Below, one piece after another: positions 23,701 through 38,700 of a stretch of 64,000 nt of DNA. Both the position numbers and the translations under genes were made by a program. This stretch comes from Stegostoma tigrinum (Eukaryota): NCBI RefSeq assembly GCF_030684315.1, contig NC_081370.1:50424728-50488727 (forward strand), written 5' to 3'. Numbering within the stretch: the first letter of the stretch is position 1; each line of letters starts with the position of its first letter. The notes under the pieces are model-generated. The model had not been told where the DNA came from. It saw only the letters and a list, made by a program, of their open reading frames with translations, and searched no databases.

Positions 23701-26700
23701 AGTGGCTGCATTTGAAGAAAGAACTAATTAGATGTAAAATGCTTTGGGACAATGTGTGCAGTGTGATAAAATTGAATCCGTGGCGTGGAAGTCATGCTTC
23801 AGGTATACAAAGCTCTGGTTAGACCACAGTTGGAGTACTGTGAGCAGTTCTGAACACTACATCTTAGAAAGGATACACTGGCCTTGCATAGAGGGCAATA
23901 TAGATTCATTAAAGTGCTACCTAGACTCCAGGTTTTAAGTTACTAGGAGAGATTAAATAAACTTTGGTTGTAATCCATGGTATTTTGAAGATTAAGAGTT
24001 GATTTGATCATGTTTTTAAGATATTAAGGGTAACAAATGGAGAAAATTCTGTTGCTAATTGTGGAATCAAGGACATGTTTTTTATTCACTCATGAGAAGT
24101 GGGTGTCATTGGCTGGACCAATATTTATTGCTCAACCCATTTTACTGTTGAGATGGTGGTGGTGGTGCACTGACCTTTGAACCACTGTAGTCCATATGCT
24201 GCAAGTAGACACATGATGCTGTTAAGAGGGGATTCCAGGATTTTCTCCCAGGAACTCTGATGCAATAGTGATATAGTTCATTGAAAGTTACGTCACAGGT
24301 AGACCGAGTGATAAAGAAGGCATTTGGCATGCTTGCCTTAATTACCCAGACCATTGAATACAGGAGTTGGGATGTCATGTTGCAGTTGTAGAGGACGTTG
24401 GTGAGGCCACTTGTAGTCGCCCTACTATAGCAAGGATATTATTAAATTGGAGAAGGTTCAGAAGTATTTACAAGGATCTTGCTGGGACTGGATGGTTGGA
24501 GTTACAAGGATTGGTTTGATAACCTGCAGCTTCTTTCACTGAAGTGTAGGATGTTGAAGGTTAATCTTTTGAGGTTTATATAATCATGAAGGGCATAGAT
24601 GAGGTGATTAGCAAAAGTCTTTTCCCTAGGATTAGGGAGTTGAAAACTAGAGGGCGTATTTTCAAGGTGAGAAGAGAAAATTTAAAAGGCACTTGAGCGG
24701 CAGCTTTTTCGCAAAAAGGCTGGTTCATTAATGGGGTGAACTGCCAAGAGGAAGTGGCAGATGCAGGTGCAGTTACAACATTTAAAAGACATTTGCACCA
24801 GAAAATAAATAGGAAATGTTTAGAGGGATATGGGCAAATGAGAGTAGTTTAGTTTGGGAAGCTAGGTTGGCATTGACAAGTCCGACTAAAGGGTCTGTTT
24901 CTGTATTGTATGACTTTCCAGATTAGGGATGGTGAGTAGCTTGGAGGGGACTTGCAAGTGATTATGTTACTTTACTGCCTTTGTCCTCCTCCAAGGGTTT
25001 GAAAAGTGAATCTTTAGTGAATTTCAGCAGTACCTCTACTGCTATCAGAGCTATGTCTGACAAGAATGAAATTATTCTTAAAATATAGTAGAATTTTTGA
25101 ACTCTGTTTCAAAAACCACACTTGGTGGCTGAACCAATTGTTAATTTTCAAACTGATTTTACTAGCTAAAGACATTAAGGGAATAGGGAAAATGCAATTG
25201 TACTTCTGTTGAATATTTGCAAAAATCTCAGTCATTGAATCATACGGCATTGAACAGGTCTTTCAGCCCATGAAGCCTGCCATGACCTATCTTCATGAGT
25301 CATGTTTTGCAGCCCTTGGCCCATAGCCTTGAATGCTATGCCATTTCAAGTGCTCATCCACACACTTTATTAAGGTTGTGAGGGGTTCCTGCCTCTGCTG
25401 GCCCCCTCAGGCAGTGCATTCTAGATTCCCATCCCCTCTGAGTACAAATTTTATTCCTCAAATTCCCTCTAAACCTCCTGCTTTTCACTTAGCGCCTCTC
25501 ATTATTGACCATTAAACTAAGGGAACAGCTCCTTCCCATCCAGCCTGTCCATGCCCCTCCCAATCTTTTACATTTGTCAGGCGCCCATCAAAGAAAACTA
25601 TCTGAACCTTTTCTAGTGCCTTTTCAGAACTACAATGCTGCGACCCAGCAACATCCTGGCTAATCTGTTCTCCATTCTTTCCACTGTAATCATATCTCAT
25701 TGAATAGCACTAAATAACCTCAAGGTGCTAATTGGCCTATTCCTAATCTTTCCTAACATAGAACTGTACTGCACTGGAATGGGCCCTTTGACCCACAATG
25801 TTGTGCTGAACATGATGCCAAATGAAACTAATTCCTTCTGCCTGCCATTGGCCCATATCCCTTCATTCCCTGCATGTTCGTGTGCTTCCCTGAAAGTTCC
25901 TTTATTGCCTGTATTGTATCTGCCTGCATCACCACTCCTGGCAGCGCATTCCAGACTCCTATCACTCTATGCGTAAAAAATAATCTTGCCCCTCATGTCT
26001 CCCTTGAACTTCCCCGTCCAGCTTTAAATGCATGCCCCATAGTATTAGATATTTCAACTCTGGAAAAAGATTCTTACTGTCAACCCTATCTATGCAACTT
26101 ATAATTTTACGGACTTCTATCAAGTCTTCCTTCAGTTCCACTGCTCAAGAAAAGACAACCCAAGATTTTCTAGCCTCTCCTTATAGTTCACACTGTCTAA
26201 TCCCCGACAGCATCCTGATAAACCTCATTTGTACCCTCTCCAAAGTCTCCACATCCTTCCTGTAGTATGGTGACCAGAATTGAACACAATAGGCAGCTCA
26301 CTGATACTCAGTTCGGGTTCTGCTGAGGTCACTGAGTTTGTAACTTCGTTATAACCCCATTCAGACATGGACAGAAGAGCTGAATTCCAGAGGTAAGGTG
26401 AAAGTGACTGCCTGTGACATCATGGTTGTATTATATCTTCGAGTGTGGTGTCAAGTAGCCCCAGCAAATTTGAGTCAGTGGGAATTGGAGGAAAACTCTG
26501 TTGGTTGAAGTCCAACTTGGAAGAAAGGAAGATAGCTATGGGTATTTGAGGTCAGTCATCTCAACTCCAAGACACTACTGCACATGTTGCTCAAAGTAGT
26601 GTCATGGGTCCAACCATCTTAGCTGCTTCGTCAATGACCTTCCTTCCATCTTAAGTTCAGAAGAGCGAAATGTTTAACGCTCATAGCAACTCCTCAACTA

Positions 26701-29700
26701 GTAAAGCAATCCTTGCCCAAATGCAGCATGACCTGGTCAATATCCAAGTTTGGACAACAAGTGGCAAGTAACATTCACCCCTCACAATTGCCTGGCAATG
26801 ACCATCTCCAACAAAAGAGAATCTAATCGTTGCCCTTTGAAATTAATTGACATTACCATCAGTGAAGCCTTGATTACCAACACCCAGAACATCACCATTG
26901 ACCAGAGAAAGAACTGCATTAGCCATATAAATACAGTTGCTACAAGAGCAGGTCAGAGGCTATGAATCCTGCAGCAGATAACTCACCTGAAAGCCCGTCC
27001 ACCATCTATAAGATATGAGTCAGCTGTGTGACGGAATACATCCCACTTCCTGGATGAGTGTAATTCCGACAACACTAAAGATGTTTAACACCATCCAGGA
27101 AAAAGCAGCTGCTTGAATGGCACCACATCTGCAAAATTCCATGCCTCTTCACCACTAACACTCATAGAAGCTGGGAGCATCTACAAAATGTACTTTAGAA
27201 TTTCACCAAGACTTCCTAGAGAGCAGCTTCCCTAACCCATGACTACATCTAGACGGACAAGGGTGGCTCATATCCCACAACTTGCGAGTTTGCCTCCAAG
27301 CTACTCACCATCCTGACTTGGGAATATATTTCTGTTTTCTCACTACTGGATTAAAATCTTGGAACTCGTTCCCCGTGAGGTGGGTGTACCTACACGAAAT
27401 GCACTGCAGCAGTTCAAGAAGGCCGCTAACCATTGCCTTCTTAACAAAAACTAGGGACGGGCAATAAATGTTGACCTATTTATTGAAGTCCCTATCCCAT
27501 GAATGAATTTAAAAAAGCACAAATAGAATGTACAGGAGCTACTGCCATTGATATTCAAAGAGAGAGTGTCACTTCTTCCTCAGATCCATAATGACAATTG
27601 ACATCAACTTTTTTTTTTCCTGTAAGTGTGCATGCTGTCCTGCATGCCATATTAAATGAGAAAAGCAGTGCCAGAAGCTGATGGAATCTGATGCCTGCTT
27701 TGTGGAGGAAAAGGTCAGGAATTAATCAAAGGTCAATGAATGTATGACAGACTTCACTTTCTATTTCTTAAGCATTGCACCACTGCTCATATGTAGCACC
27801 TGTTTACAGAACTTAGCATGACCTATCAGCTGATCAAACTGCCCCTGCTCCCAATGTTGTTTGCCAGCCAATTTCTAAATCCTAGATATACCCAACAAAA
27901 ATAAAGACAGAATCCCCCAGTCCCCTCATACCACCCCACCAACCTCCGCATTCAGCGTATCATTCTTCACCACCTCCTCACAACCAAAGAGATATTTCCC
28001 TCCACACTCCTATCTGCCTTTTGTAGGAATTGCTATCTCCGTGATCCCCTCATCTGCTCCACACTTTCCACTAATTACACCACACCTGGGACCTTTTCCT
28101 GCAACCGCAGGAAGTGCTTCATCTGCCCTGACATCTCTTCTCCCCTGCCCCACCTCACTGTCTCCTCCCCTACCCCCCCATCCCCTCCCCCTTCCCTCCC
28201 TTCCTCTCATGTTCTCTTTACCCCCCGCCTCATACTCTCCCCTCACCTCCATCCAAGGCCCAAAGCAAACTTTTCATACCAGACAGGTACATCTGTACAT
28301 CTTCCAACTTGTTGTTACTCCCGATGTGGTTTCTACATCGGTGAGACCAAGCGTAGACTCGAAGACCGTTACAGAGCATCTGCGCTCAACGCGACAAACT
28401 ACAACAACTTATAGTCCGCACCATTTTAACTCACCCTCCCATTCCCTGATGATATGTCCATCCTAGGCCTCCTCCAGTGTCACAATGCCTCCACATGCAA
28501 ACTGAAAGAGCAATACTTTTTATTCTGCCTCGGGAGCCTAGAGCCCGATGATCTTAACATAGAATTCACCAGTTTTATAATCTCCCCATGTCCAGTCCTC
28601 CCTTTCATCCCCACGTCCTTCTCCTGACATAACCTGTCCATCATCTCTCCCACCTATCCATCCCACCCATCCCATTGACCAATCCCCTTCAGTCCCTGCC
28701 TGCATTCACCTATCACTATCCCACCTACTTACCCCAGCCCTACCCTTCATCTCTATTTATTTCCCAGTTCTCTTTCCCCTCCCCATTTCTGAAGAAGCGT
28801 CCTAAACCAAAATGTCAACTTTCTTGCTCCTCTGCTGCCTGCCCTGCTGTGTTCCACCAGTTCCACATTGTGTTATTTCACAGTTAATTGTATGATCTTT
28901 TTTGTATTGAAGAACAACTTGCTGCAGAGATTCTGGAATTTTACGATACAGGAAAGGCATTCCCAGAAGCAGAAAAAAAGTTCAAAACTCCTGCATTATG
29001 CTGTATACATATACTTTTTTAAACAGGCAACATAAAGATGTAGCATTGATGAATTTGGCCAATGTCTTGCACCGAGCCCATTTCTCAGCAGATGCGGCCA
29101 TACTGGTTCACGCAGCATTGGATGTATCCACGGACTTTCTCACAAGTCATTACACTCTTGGAAACATTTATGCTGTGAGTATGCTGAATGTCTCTTTACG
29201 ATTTAATTTTGTTTACATTCTTGTTAGTGTGTTTAAAGGTCTTTAAAGTTTTATGCAGCAGTTCTCATTGACATAGTTTACGCACACAGAAGTATTCAAC
29301 TGTCATATTAGGTATTACTGCAAAGAGATGTGTTACTGAAGCTTTTCATCTTGCACTCATCACCGCAAACATAAGAACGCCAGATTTCGTGCCTTTGTGC
29401 TGATGAGTACATGATGAACCAAAATGATGACTTAACTGTCTCTCTTAAACAACACTTGAGTTCTAAGCAGTCTAACATCAGTCAAGTTAGAACTAAAAGG
29501 GGGACTATTACATTTGTATCATTTTATTTTGTATTTTAAATGGATTGTGTGAATATATTTTGAACTTCGTCTGTTTTACATTCACACAAGAAAAAAATCT
29601 TATTCACAAGCAGGACCCCATTCTTTCTATGCAAAATGAATTTGTCCCTGTGATGCATCTTTGCAGTTGAGGAAAGGGTTACAGAAATCTCCAATCCCAG

Positions 29701-32700
29701 CTTCATTCCCCATGGTCATGCCTTGACCAATTACAGTTTGCGTGCCTGGTCTGAGTTTAATAAGCTAACTATGATTGAACTGTATTCAGTGCCCTTTCCT
29801 CATGCTGTATGCATTGGTATTCCCTTTCATTTTTATTGTGTCCCAGCCCTGATGAGTGCAAGATGAACTCTTACAATGTTTCAAGTTCTGTACTCACAAG
29901 GAATTTTAAAAAAAACTTATTAAACACTTGTAACTGGCTAATATTTTGATAATTAATGGAGTTCCAACAGGAAATCTGTGCTTTTCTTCATTCCTAACTG
30001 GTGAATCCTAATTGGTTTTGATTTATTCATTCCGCAAACTTTGACATTTTTCAGCTGCAGGAAGAATTTAGAACACATTAAATAGTCATCAGCTCAACCA
30101 TGCCTTCAATTGCCAGTGACAGGGATAGAAGTTAAAAGATGATTGATTCAAGGAAGAAGGTAATAGGTCAGTTAAAACAGAAGTATTTAATAGTCTGTAT
30201 GCAAAGATGTAGAGGAGGGTCATTTAAGATGAATGATAATATGGCTGTAGCCGATTGTCATTGCAGCAAGAAGAGGGATTGCCTTTGAAGAAAAAAGATA
30301 TTGCATTTGATCTAACAGGATCTTTGGGGAAAAAAAAGTTCTAGTGTCCTAGTGGAAATGGATATACTAATTCTATTTGTCCTGACAGAAGTAAAGATTT
30401 GAAATGTAAACCCGTTGGTACAAGTCTAGAGCAGTGAATAAATTCCATTCCTTTTCCTGTATCAGAGACTGGTATGACACGAATTTTATGTTCCAGTTTT
30501 GTATATCTTAGTCATACATGATATGAGGCTCAAATCAGAGAGATTCTTCCGTGTTTTTCTTTCACTATGTTTATTAATAAAGTACAGTTGAGGATTTAAA
30601 AAAATTACAAGTAAAACCTTTTCCAAAAAAAATCAATAATCCCATTCTCCAGCCCAACCTTTTCACATGAATACATGCAGCATACGAAGTAAAATAAGTT
30701 TGAATTATAGAGTGGAGGTAGGTGAAGCATTTAAAAGTTCAACAAGAAGTTAAATTTCCAGTGGTTTTCAAGATCTGTGATGTGATGTTGCTGTATCAAC
30801 AGTTTAAATCCAGTGTTGCCCTGACTCTAACTATGGGTTTTATGTTGTTTAAAATTCTCAGGATCGTTTGTGTTCCTTTCACTCAATGTTGCCAACCAGA
30901 CTGTTTCCTACTTGACAGAGAGAAAAAGCCTTCTTAGCCTGTGTTCAGCTTTCCCTTTTCTGCGTAGACCTTTTGAGGCTCATGCTCAGTAGCGATTTCT
31001 GGAACTTGAAGTCAGTGCTGTAATCCCTGAAGGCACGCCAATCACTGCGCATGTAACATCAGAGCACTGCCACTTAGAGGCGATGCTGCCTGTTTTCAGT
31101 GCTGTATTCCAAATTCTATCTCCACCATTCTACCAAAAAGCTCTTTGAAGTTGAAGCTGTTTGTGTATTCTTTGTCTGTGGAGCTTATTGTTTCTAGATT
31201 CTCAATTGCAGTAGATGTATCATCTCCAACATATGAAGATTCTCTTAATCATAAGAGTCTCTACAGTGTGGAAGCATGCCATTAGGCCCATTGAGTCCAC
31301 ACCGATCCTCCGAAGAGCGTCCCATCATCCCCATTCTGTCCCTGTAACCTTGCATTTTCCATAGCTTAATCCACCGTTAGGCTATGGGAGGAAACTGGAG
31401 CGCTGTCTGGAAACCAGCACAGACACAGACGTAATGTGCAAACTCCATGCAGACTGTTGCCCAAAACTGAAATCGAACTGAGGTCAATGCACTGAGAGGC
31501 ACTGGTGTCACTTAGCCACCATGTCAATCAAACCTGTGCTTCCCACAGTTTTAATTACTAATTTCAGACGCCTTGTGAAAAATATGAATTTCAGGCTGTT
31601 TTTGGTCAGTTCCATGTTGGTTCCATGAAACTTGGCTAGCCTATTTATGTAGTACCATTTTAGGCTATATTTTGGTCCGCTTTTGTTTAAAAAGACCATG
31701 TCTGTCTATTAAAGTCCAAGGTATGAAATGAGCCGTTGGAATTTGGTAAACAGTATCCTGTATTGTATCATGACAGTGTATGGTATGTAATGTATTGCCC
31801 CCTATGTTTTCCTCTTGTTATCTGAAAATGGGAATTTACTCCTTCACAAAAGATATTATGGAGAGAAACCAGATTTTCACTGCAGCTTTGCTGTGGGCTA
31901 CCTCCACTTAGATACAAAGAAAATAGAAGCAGGAGTAGGCCGTTTGGGCCCTCATGCCTGCTCTGACATTTAATATGATTATGGTTAATCATCAGACTCA
32001 ATACCCTGTTCTTTCTTTCTCCCTGTACTCTCTGATCCCCTTAGTTCTAAGAACTATATCTATTTTCTTAGAAACATTCAATGTTTTGGCTTCAACTACT
32101 TTTATGGCAGAGAATTCCACAGGCTCACCACTCTCTGGGTGAAGGAATTTGTTTTTATCTCAGTCCTAAATGACCTATGTGTCGTCTTTAAATTGTGACC
32201 CTGGTTCTGGACTCCCTGGTCCGAGAGCAACTTTCCTAACAAGACTGTCTAGTCTTGTTAGAATGTTACAGGTTTCTATGTGATACCTCCCTCAATCTTT
32301 CTAACTCCAGTGAATATAGTTGTAACCAATCCAGTCTGCCTTCATATTTCAGTCTTACTGCCCCAGGAATAACTCTGGTAAACCTTCGTTACATTCCTTC
32401 CATAAGTAAAACATACTGCTCAGGTGAGGAGGCCAAAACTGCACACCATACTCCAGTTATGGCCTCAGCAAGGTCATGTACAATTGCAGCAAGGCATCTC
32501 TGCTCTGTACTTGATCTTTCTTGCTCTAAAGCCAACATAGCATTTGCCGCCTTCACCACCTGCTGCACTGCATGTATACTTTCAGTAAGGATACCCAAGT
32601 GTTGTCAATCAGTCATCATTTGATAATCTACCTTCCTCTTTGCTACCCAAGCGGATAACCTCCTGTTTATCCATATTATATTTAATCTTCTATGCATATG

Positions 32701-35700
32701 CCCTCTCTCTCAACTTCTCCAAATCACACTGAAGCATCACTGCATCCTCCTCACAGATTTACCTACCTACCCAGCTTTGTGTTCTCTGCAAACTTGGAGA
32801 TTTAATTCATATAAATCATGAATATATACCGTCAGTAGCTGGGGCCCAAGTACTGATCCCTGCCATACTCTGCTAGTCATTGCCTACGACATCTTTGACT
32901 GAAATTTCAAAATTTGGAAATTTTTTTCCTACCTCTTTCTCCCCGCTCCATCTTTCCCTTTTGTTCCCTAGAACTAGAATTCGAATTTTGGGCATCTAGT
33001 TCAACCTAGTGCAACAGATCAACCTCTGTTGATTTTTACATATAGACTGTGATAAATGTTCTTTGCTGCATTTAAGCATTGTTAAGGTAATTTATCTATT
33101 GCGAATCAGAAATGAAATTGTTTTCTTATGACAAGTTACTTTTATTTGTTTTTCTATATTGTATTAAATTTTTCAAAAAATTTGTTTCCAAATAAGTAAA
33201 CAAATTGTCATATGGTGTATATATATATTTGCTAATTTCACTATTGTACTGCATCAGTATAACTCAATATGTTGTACAGTTACAGTTAGCATGCATTAAT
33301 GTGTTCCATCATCCTGTGAAGTACCCATCGTACTAGGAAAATACCTGAGGGCTAGGAAATTATGATGTGAATGTCCCTAAATTAAAACACCAGTGTTTTT
33401 ATTAATCAATCAACAATGTGATTTTCTGCAATATGACAGTTTAGATAACAAATCTGCCAATGAAGAGCCAGTAGAGGACAAGTAGAGATTGTCAAAACTA
33501 AGTTCCAAATAACTGTAATGACCAAGTAGGGAAGTCAGTGCACAGAAGTGGAAAATTACCATATTTTACGGTACCATCAGTATCAAGTCAAGCATGAGAG
33601 TGTTTGCAGAATTATTAATCATTTGAAATGAAATGTTGATATGACTTGTAATTTTTCTTTCCCAGATGTTAGGAGAATATAACCATTCAGTGCTATGCTA
33701 CGATCAAGCATTGCTTATAAGGCCAGGCTTTGAACATGCGCTGAGAAGGAAACATGCCGTACTGTGCCAGCAGAAATTGGAACAAAAATTGGAGGCACAG
33801 CACAGGTATGATGCATGTAACAGAAACATGGTTGCAATTTTGTTTTCGTGTGCTGCCTTAGGAAAGTACAGCACAAAAGGAAATCAGTCAGCTCAAAGTC
33901 TAAGAAAGTCTAAGCCAAATCTTTCAGAAAGCAATCCTCTCGTATCACTGACATACTATTGTTCTATATTCCTGCATTATATTTTCTCCTTAAACCATTT
34001 ATCCAATTCTCTTTTGGAAACAGCATTTGAATCTGCTTTACATAATAAATGTCAATGCTTTTCTTAGTTCATGCAAGTAACTCCAGTTGAGCAATGACCC
34101 TCCTTTAACTTAGCGAACAACTGCACCAAAGGATCTATTCTTACCCTTTATTCTTAAAAAAGATATTTTGCAGATATTGCTCAGTGGGGAGAATGTGTCA
34201 GTTTGTAATGCTAGTAAATTTACATGTTTCGCTCACAAGTTCGTCCTCGTTTAGTTTTATTTTTCCTTTGGATTGTTGGGACTTATTATGGTGATTCATG
34301 TATTTAGATCTTTGCAGCGAACGTTAAATGAACTGAAGGAATACCAGAAGCAACATGATAATTACTTGAGGCAGCAAGAATTGCTGGAGAAGCACAAAGT
34401 TATGCAAGATGAGCAACTGCTGAGAAATATAATCCATGAAACACAAATGGCTAAAGAAACTCAGCTAGGTAAATTCACTGTCTTTTGATGCAAATTATCA
34501 AACAGCATTGTTGGAAAATACCATCATACTCAAATGAGTATTTTCACAGTTGTCTGAAGGTGGATGGTTATTTTGTATTTAGCCATAAGTGCAAGAGTCA
34601 GTCTTTTTTACACTTTCCAGGTTTCAGTTATTTAAATTTTGAATTATATTTAACCGATTTAATTTGTAAATTCTTTTTGGAAACAGTTTTGCATCTACTT
34701 GTTCTATTTCCTTGTTATATTAGCCAGTACATTATCCAAGAGGCAACTTAATAAAAAGTAGCTTACAGGTATTACAATCCTAGCTAGTGGTACTTCTGGA
34801 AAAATTAGATCCTAGAATGAAAGCTGGGTTGATCTTTATTTGTGTTTCGCTGGTTAATGTGGTTAGTCACCAAGACATGTTCACCCAAGACTGCAGATTT
34901 TCTTCAATAACAGAAGTTTATTGTACAAAAAAAAGCAAGCCATCTAATGAAACTCTTGGGAGTCAGTTGAATCAAAGTAAAGTTGAGAAAGTGGTGTAAT
35001 TTGTCTGGACTTGAGCCTTTGTATGTTATAGCGCCATTTTCTAGAAGTGATCAGATTCATACAAAATATGTCAAAATTTATTTAACTTGTGTTACTGCAG
35101 AATTGGGGTCAATCAGAAATTACTCAATAGTATAAAGGCCAATATTTAGGTTAAATTTGTTTTTTTTTAATTCTTTTTAGGAAACCACCAGCTTTGTCGC
35201 TGGATTAACAAGCAGCAAATTTTACATTGTCAGTGGGATCGTCCTGTGCGCTATACCAGAGGCGATCTTTTTGACACAGTAGAACATGTACAGGTATAAG
35301 TTAAAGTAAAATAACAATTTAATTAATGTTTGGTATAAGGTGACAGCAGTTTGCGCTCACCTTTACAATTTTGGTGTACCTGTTCATCTTCAGTTCACTT
35401 CCACTGTATCCAACTCCTTAACTCATTGTAAGATCCGGATATTCTAGGCTTTTTTTTTAAAAATAGCAATCCAGGGTTTATGGTCACCATTGCTGCATTT
35501 GCTTTTTGTTCCACATTTGTTTAATTAACTGTTATTGAACTGTCAACAAAGTTACCCTGGACCATTAATCAAGACTTCTGAATGCTATTTCAGTAACATC
35601 ATTAGCAAAAGCAGTAGCACAACCATCAGTACCCACCAGTCATTTGGGTGTGCAAAATCCAGAGTGGCTAGAGATTGTATATTTCTCCTCCTCAATCTGT

Positions 35701-38700
35701 CACCTTTCATTGGATGTCTTGCTTAATGTGAACAACTCATCAACCCAGCTCCTTAATTTACCTAACCTCATCCACTGTCATCTGTGAACTTGTAAAGCTA
35801 TTTTCTGTTCCCGTTTCCAAGTTATATTTGGCATCCTGCTCATGATCCCTTTCCATGTGTCTGTATCCTTTACCAACCTTCATTTTCAGACCAAAATAGT
35901 GCTAGGAATATTTGTCCCTTTTATTTTTCAACATCAGGATTGCATGTTGTTTTCTTGAAACTATAGTGTGATTCTTCAATACTAGATGGAATGTTATAGC
36001 TTTAAATTGCTTAAGGACTATGTAAATGTTAGAGGCCAGTCCAGATCCAGAACTTCCTCTGGACACTGCCACAGGATAACTGCACGTTAGTAGTAATTAA
36101 TTTTGATAAAATTAAAGAAAATGGTAAGGTCACCAAAAAGGACACCAAAACTTTGCCATAGAAATACTATTTACTTGTTGAGGTAAGATTGTCCTTAAAA
36201 AAAAATAGTGAATTGAAATTTAAAATTTGAAAGACAGAAATTTCTGATGACAGTTGATGTGTAAATGCCTTTCCTGAATGTAGTAGCACTGCAGGTTGGA
36301 ATTTGAAGGTTGTACAATTTCTTTAAAATATTGGCCAAGACTTTGCAGTCAGTAGCAAACTGACAGCACTCACATCTAACCTTGAAAGCTGCGCAGAAAG
36401 ATCCAGCAATCTCTGTGACATGGTCCCTATCCTTTGCAAGCAGAAAACACATGTCCACACATTGTGTGATTTTCAGCCAGCGAAAAGTATGGAAGAAAGG
36501 CATTCACATGTGAACTATCCACAAGACCACTTCTACCGATCACAGTCTGCTTGCCAGCCAATCACTTATGCACTTTGAATTGTTGTTCCCTTTGAGTTTT
36601 TGGTATTCATGTGATTCTATCCTAATGAATTCAGGTTGAAAAGAATCAACAGCAGCTCTTCTGCACTTTTCTGGACAGCAGAATTGCTGTCAGTTTCATG
36701 GCATAATTGTAACAAATGTTGACAGTTGGACCATGATTGCAACTGCAAAATTTGGGGATTTAAAAAATTCTCCCTATCAAATTTTTGTTTTATGATGTTA
36801 ATGTCAGTTAAGTTTTTAAATATTATCTTAATTGAGCTTTTTTGCAATGAACATTTTTGCAGGCTCTGTCATTTTTTGAAAGAATTTTAAGGTATTCTCC
36901 CTTTTGTGTTACTCACTAACTGCATCATATTTACTCAAAACAAATCATTCCAATAGCTTGCAGATATTTTTCATCCCCTTTCAGATTGCTGTACAGTGAT
37001 TTTCTACCAAACATTTTTATTCTTTCACTTCTCGATGTCTGTAAGATTTCACTTTCAGAAGGTTTAACTGCTTTGGGTATATCTTACATTGTTGAAATAT
37101 TGCGCAGAGTCAATATTTTTTCAAGTATTTAACTGTTCCTTTTTTTAAATAAATGCAAGTGTGCATTTCTTTCAGTTCGGAGAGGATAGTTCCACCTCAA
37201 GTATGATGCCTGTTGAGATGAAGTTGATGATGAATATGACATGGGATAACATACAGCAGCAATTTCCATCATCACCACCAGGTCGATCAGTGTTGAATAT
37301 ATGGGGAAAGGATTTCTCAAGCTACAATGTAAGTAACAGAGAGGCAGGGCGGGTTAGAATTTGAGACTTGTTTTGCTTTGTGCTCCCTTAGATTGTGGAT
37401 CCTTACAAGAGCAGTGTCCTTGAGCCAGGATAATGTTCCAAACCAACACCTATATGTAAAAATTTCAGTGCAGTTCTTTTTCTTCAGGATTTCATTCAAA
37501 CCAAACCAAACCTTTGGTATTGGTTTGAATATATTCATGTAACATTAAGTTTCCATTACTTCCTCTGTTCTGATTTATTTTTATTTTACATTGTGTGGCA
37601 AAGTTGTTGAAGCTGTCCTTTGAGACAAACGATTTATTTAAAGTCGTTTGCTAAATTGTTTCAGTTCCATTTTTATTTAGGATTGCCATACTTTATTGGT
37701 ATGTCCTTTGAACTTGTGGTAAATGCTGTATTAAGAGACTAGGGCCACTGCTATGATAGAGAGTGGTGCGTGTATGGATTAGGTTGCTCGAGAAAGTGGT
37801 TAAGGCGGGTACAGTAGCAACATCTTAAAAAAAAATTTGGACAGGCACATGGGTGGGGACAGTTCAGAGGGATATGGACCAAATGTAGGCAGTTGGAACT
37901 AGCTGAGTGGGCACCATGGTCAGCATGGACCAGTTTGACCGAAGGGCCTGTTTCCATGTTGTATTACTCTATAACTCTCTGAATCTATTTGATAATTCTT
38001 ATTAATGACATTTTTGTTTCAGTTCTGACGCAGAAACATTTGTGCTGCTTCCCAAAGTGATGAAGCATTGTCTGTTCCTTGGCCAATGTATTGCGCAGAC
38101 AGTTATGCTTGTTCTGTTGCTCAAGCCCCATACAAGGAAGGCAAGAAGTTCAAGGGGGTCACCCCAGTTTTCCAATAGCCTACTTCAGTCCCAATTAGTT
38201 ATAACACGGAGTAGTCAGGCTTATGCTAGCAGATCGCCTACCTACTCATTGCAGGGAATGGGGCTAAGTAAAAAATATTTGTTTGCAAAAAGTAGTTTAG
38301 AGTATTATTTTATTCAACAATTACCACAAGTTTAGATACTGACTTGTTTATAATTCTTAGAAATTTGCTAGGAAAAAAAAGTAAGTATTCAAGAAAAAAG
38401 TTACACTACTTTTAGAAATAGAATACTAAAATGTGAAATATTTATTCATGTACTCCTTGCGTTGCCAGGATATGTTATGGCCAAAAAGGTTGGACTGCAT
38501 ACACAGTTATCCCACCCTTCCCAAGGCAGCTGATCTTCCTACATACTTTCTACCTCCAGAATACAGAGGATTTGGGTAAGAATTTGGAGACTTGTGGAAA
38601 ATTGGGCTATTTTGTAAGGTACAGGGATGTCATCTTAACAACAAACTAACAGCAGCAAAGTGTAAGTCATTGCTGTAATAACACCACAGATGCAAAACAA

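Noticed and set aside
38058-38115. SECIS element or C/D snoRNA (GTGATGA followed by a hairpin)
   Set aside because: There is no 3' GA for the kink-turn quartet, no apical AA at the right spacing, and no nearby D box.
38042-38335. 97-aa ORF as a TTC17 coding exon
   Set aside because: It is out of phase with the flanking exons and has no recognisable similarity; kept only as part of the poison-exon hypothesis.
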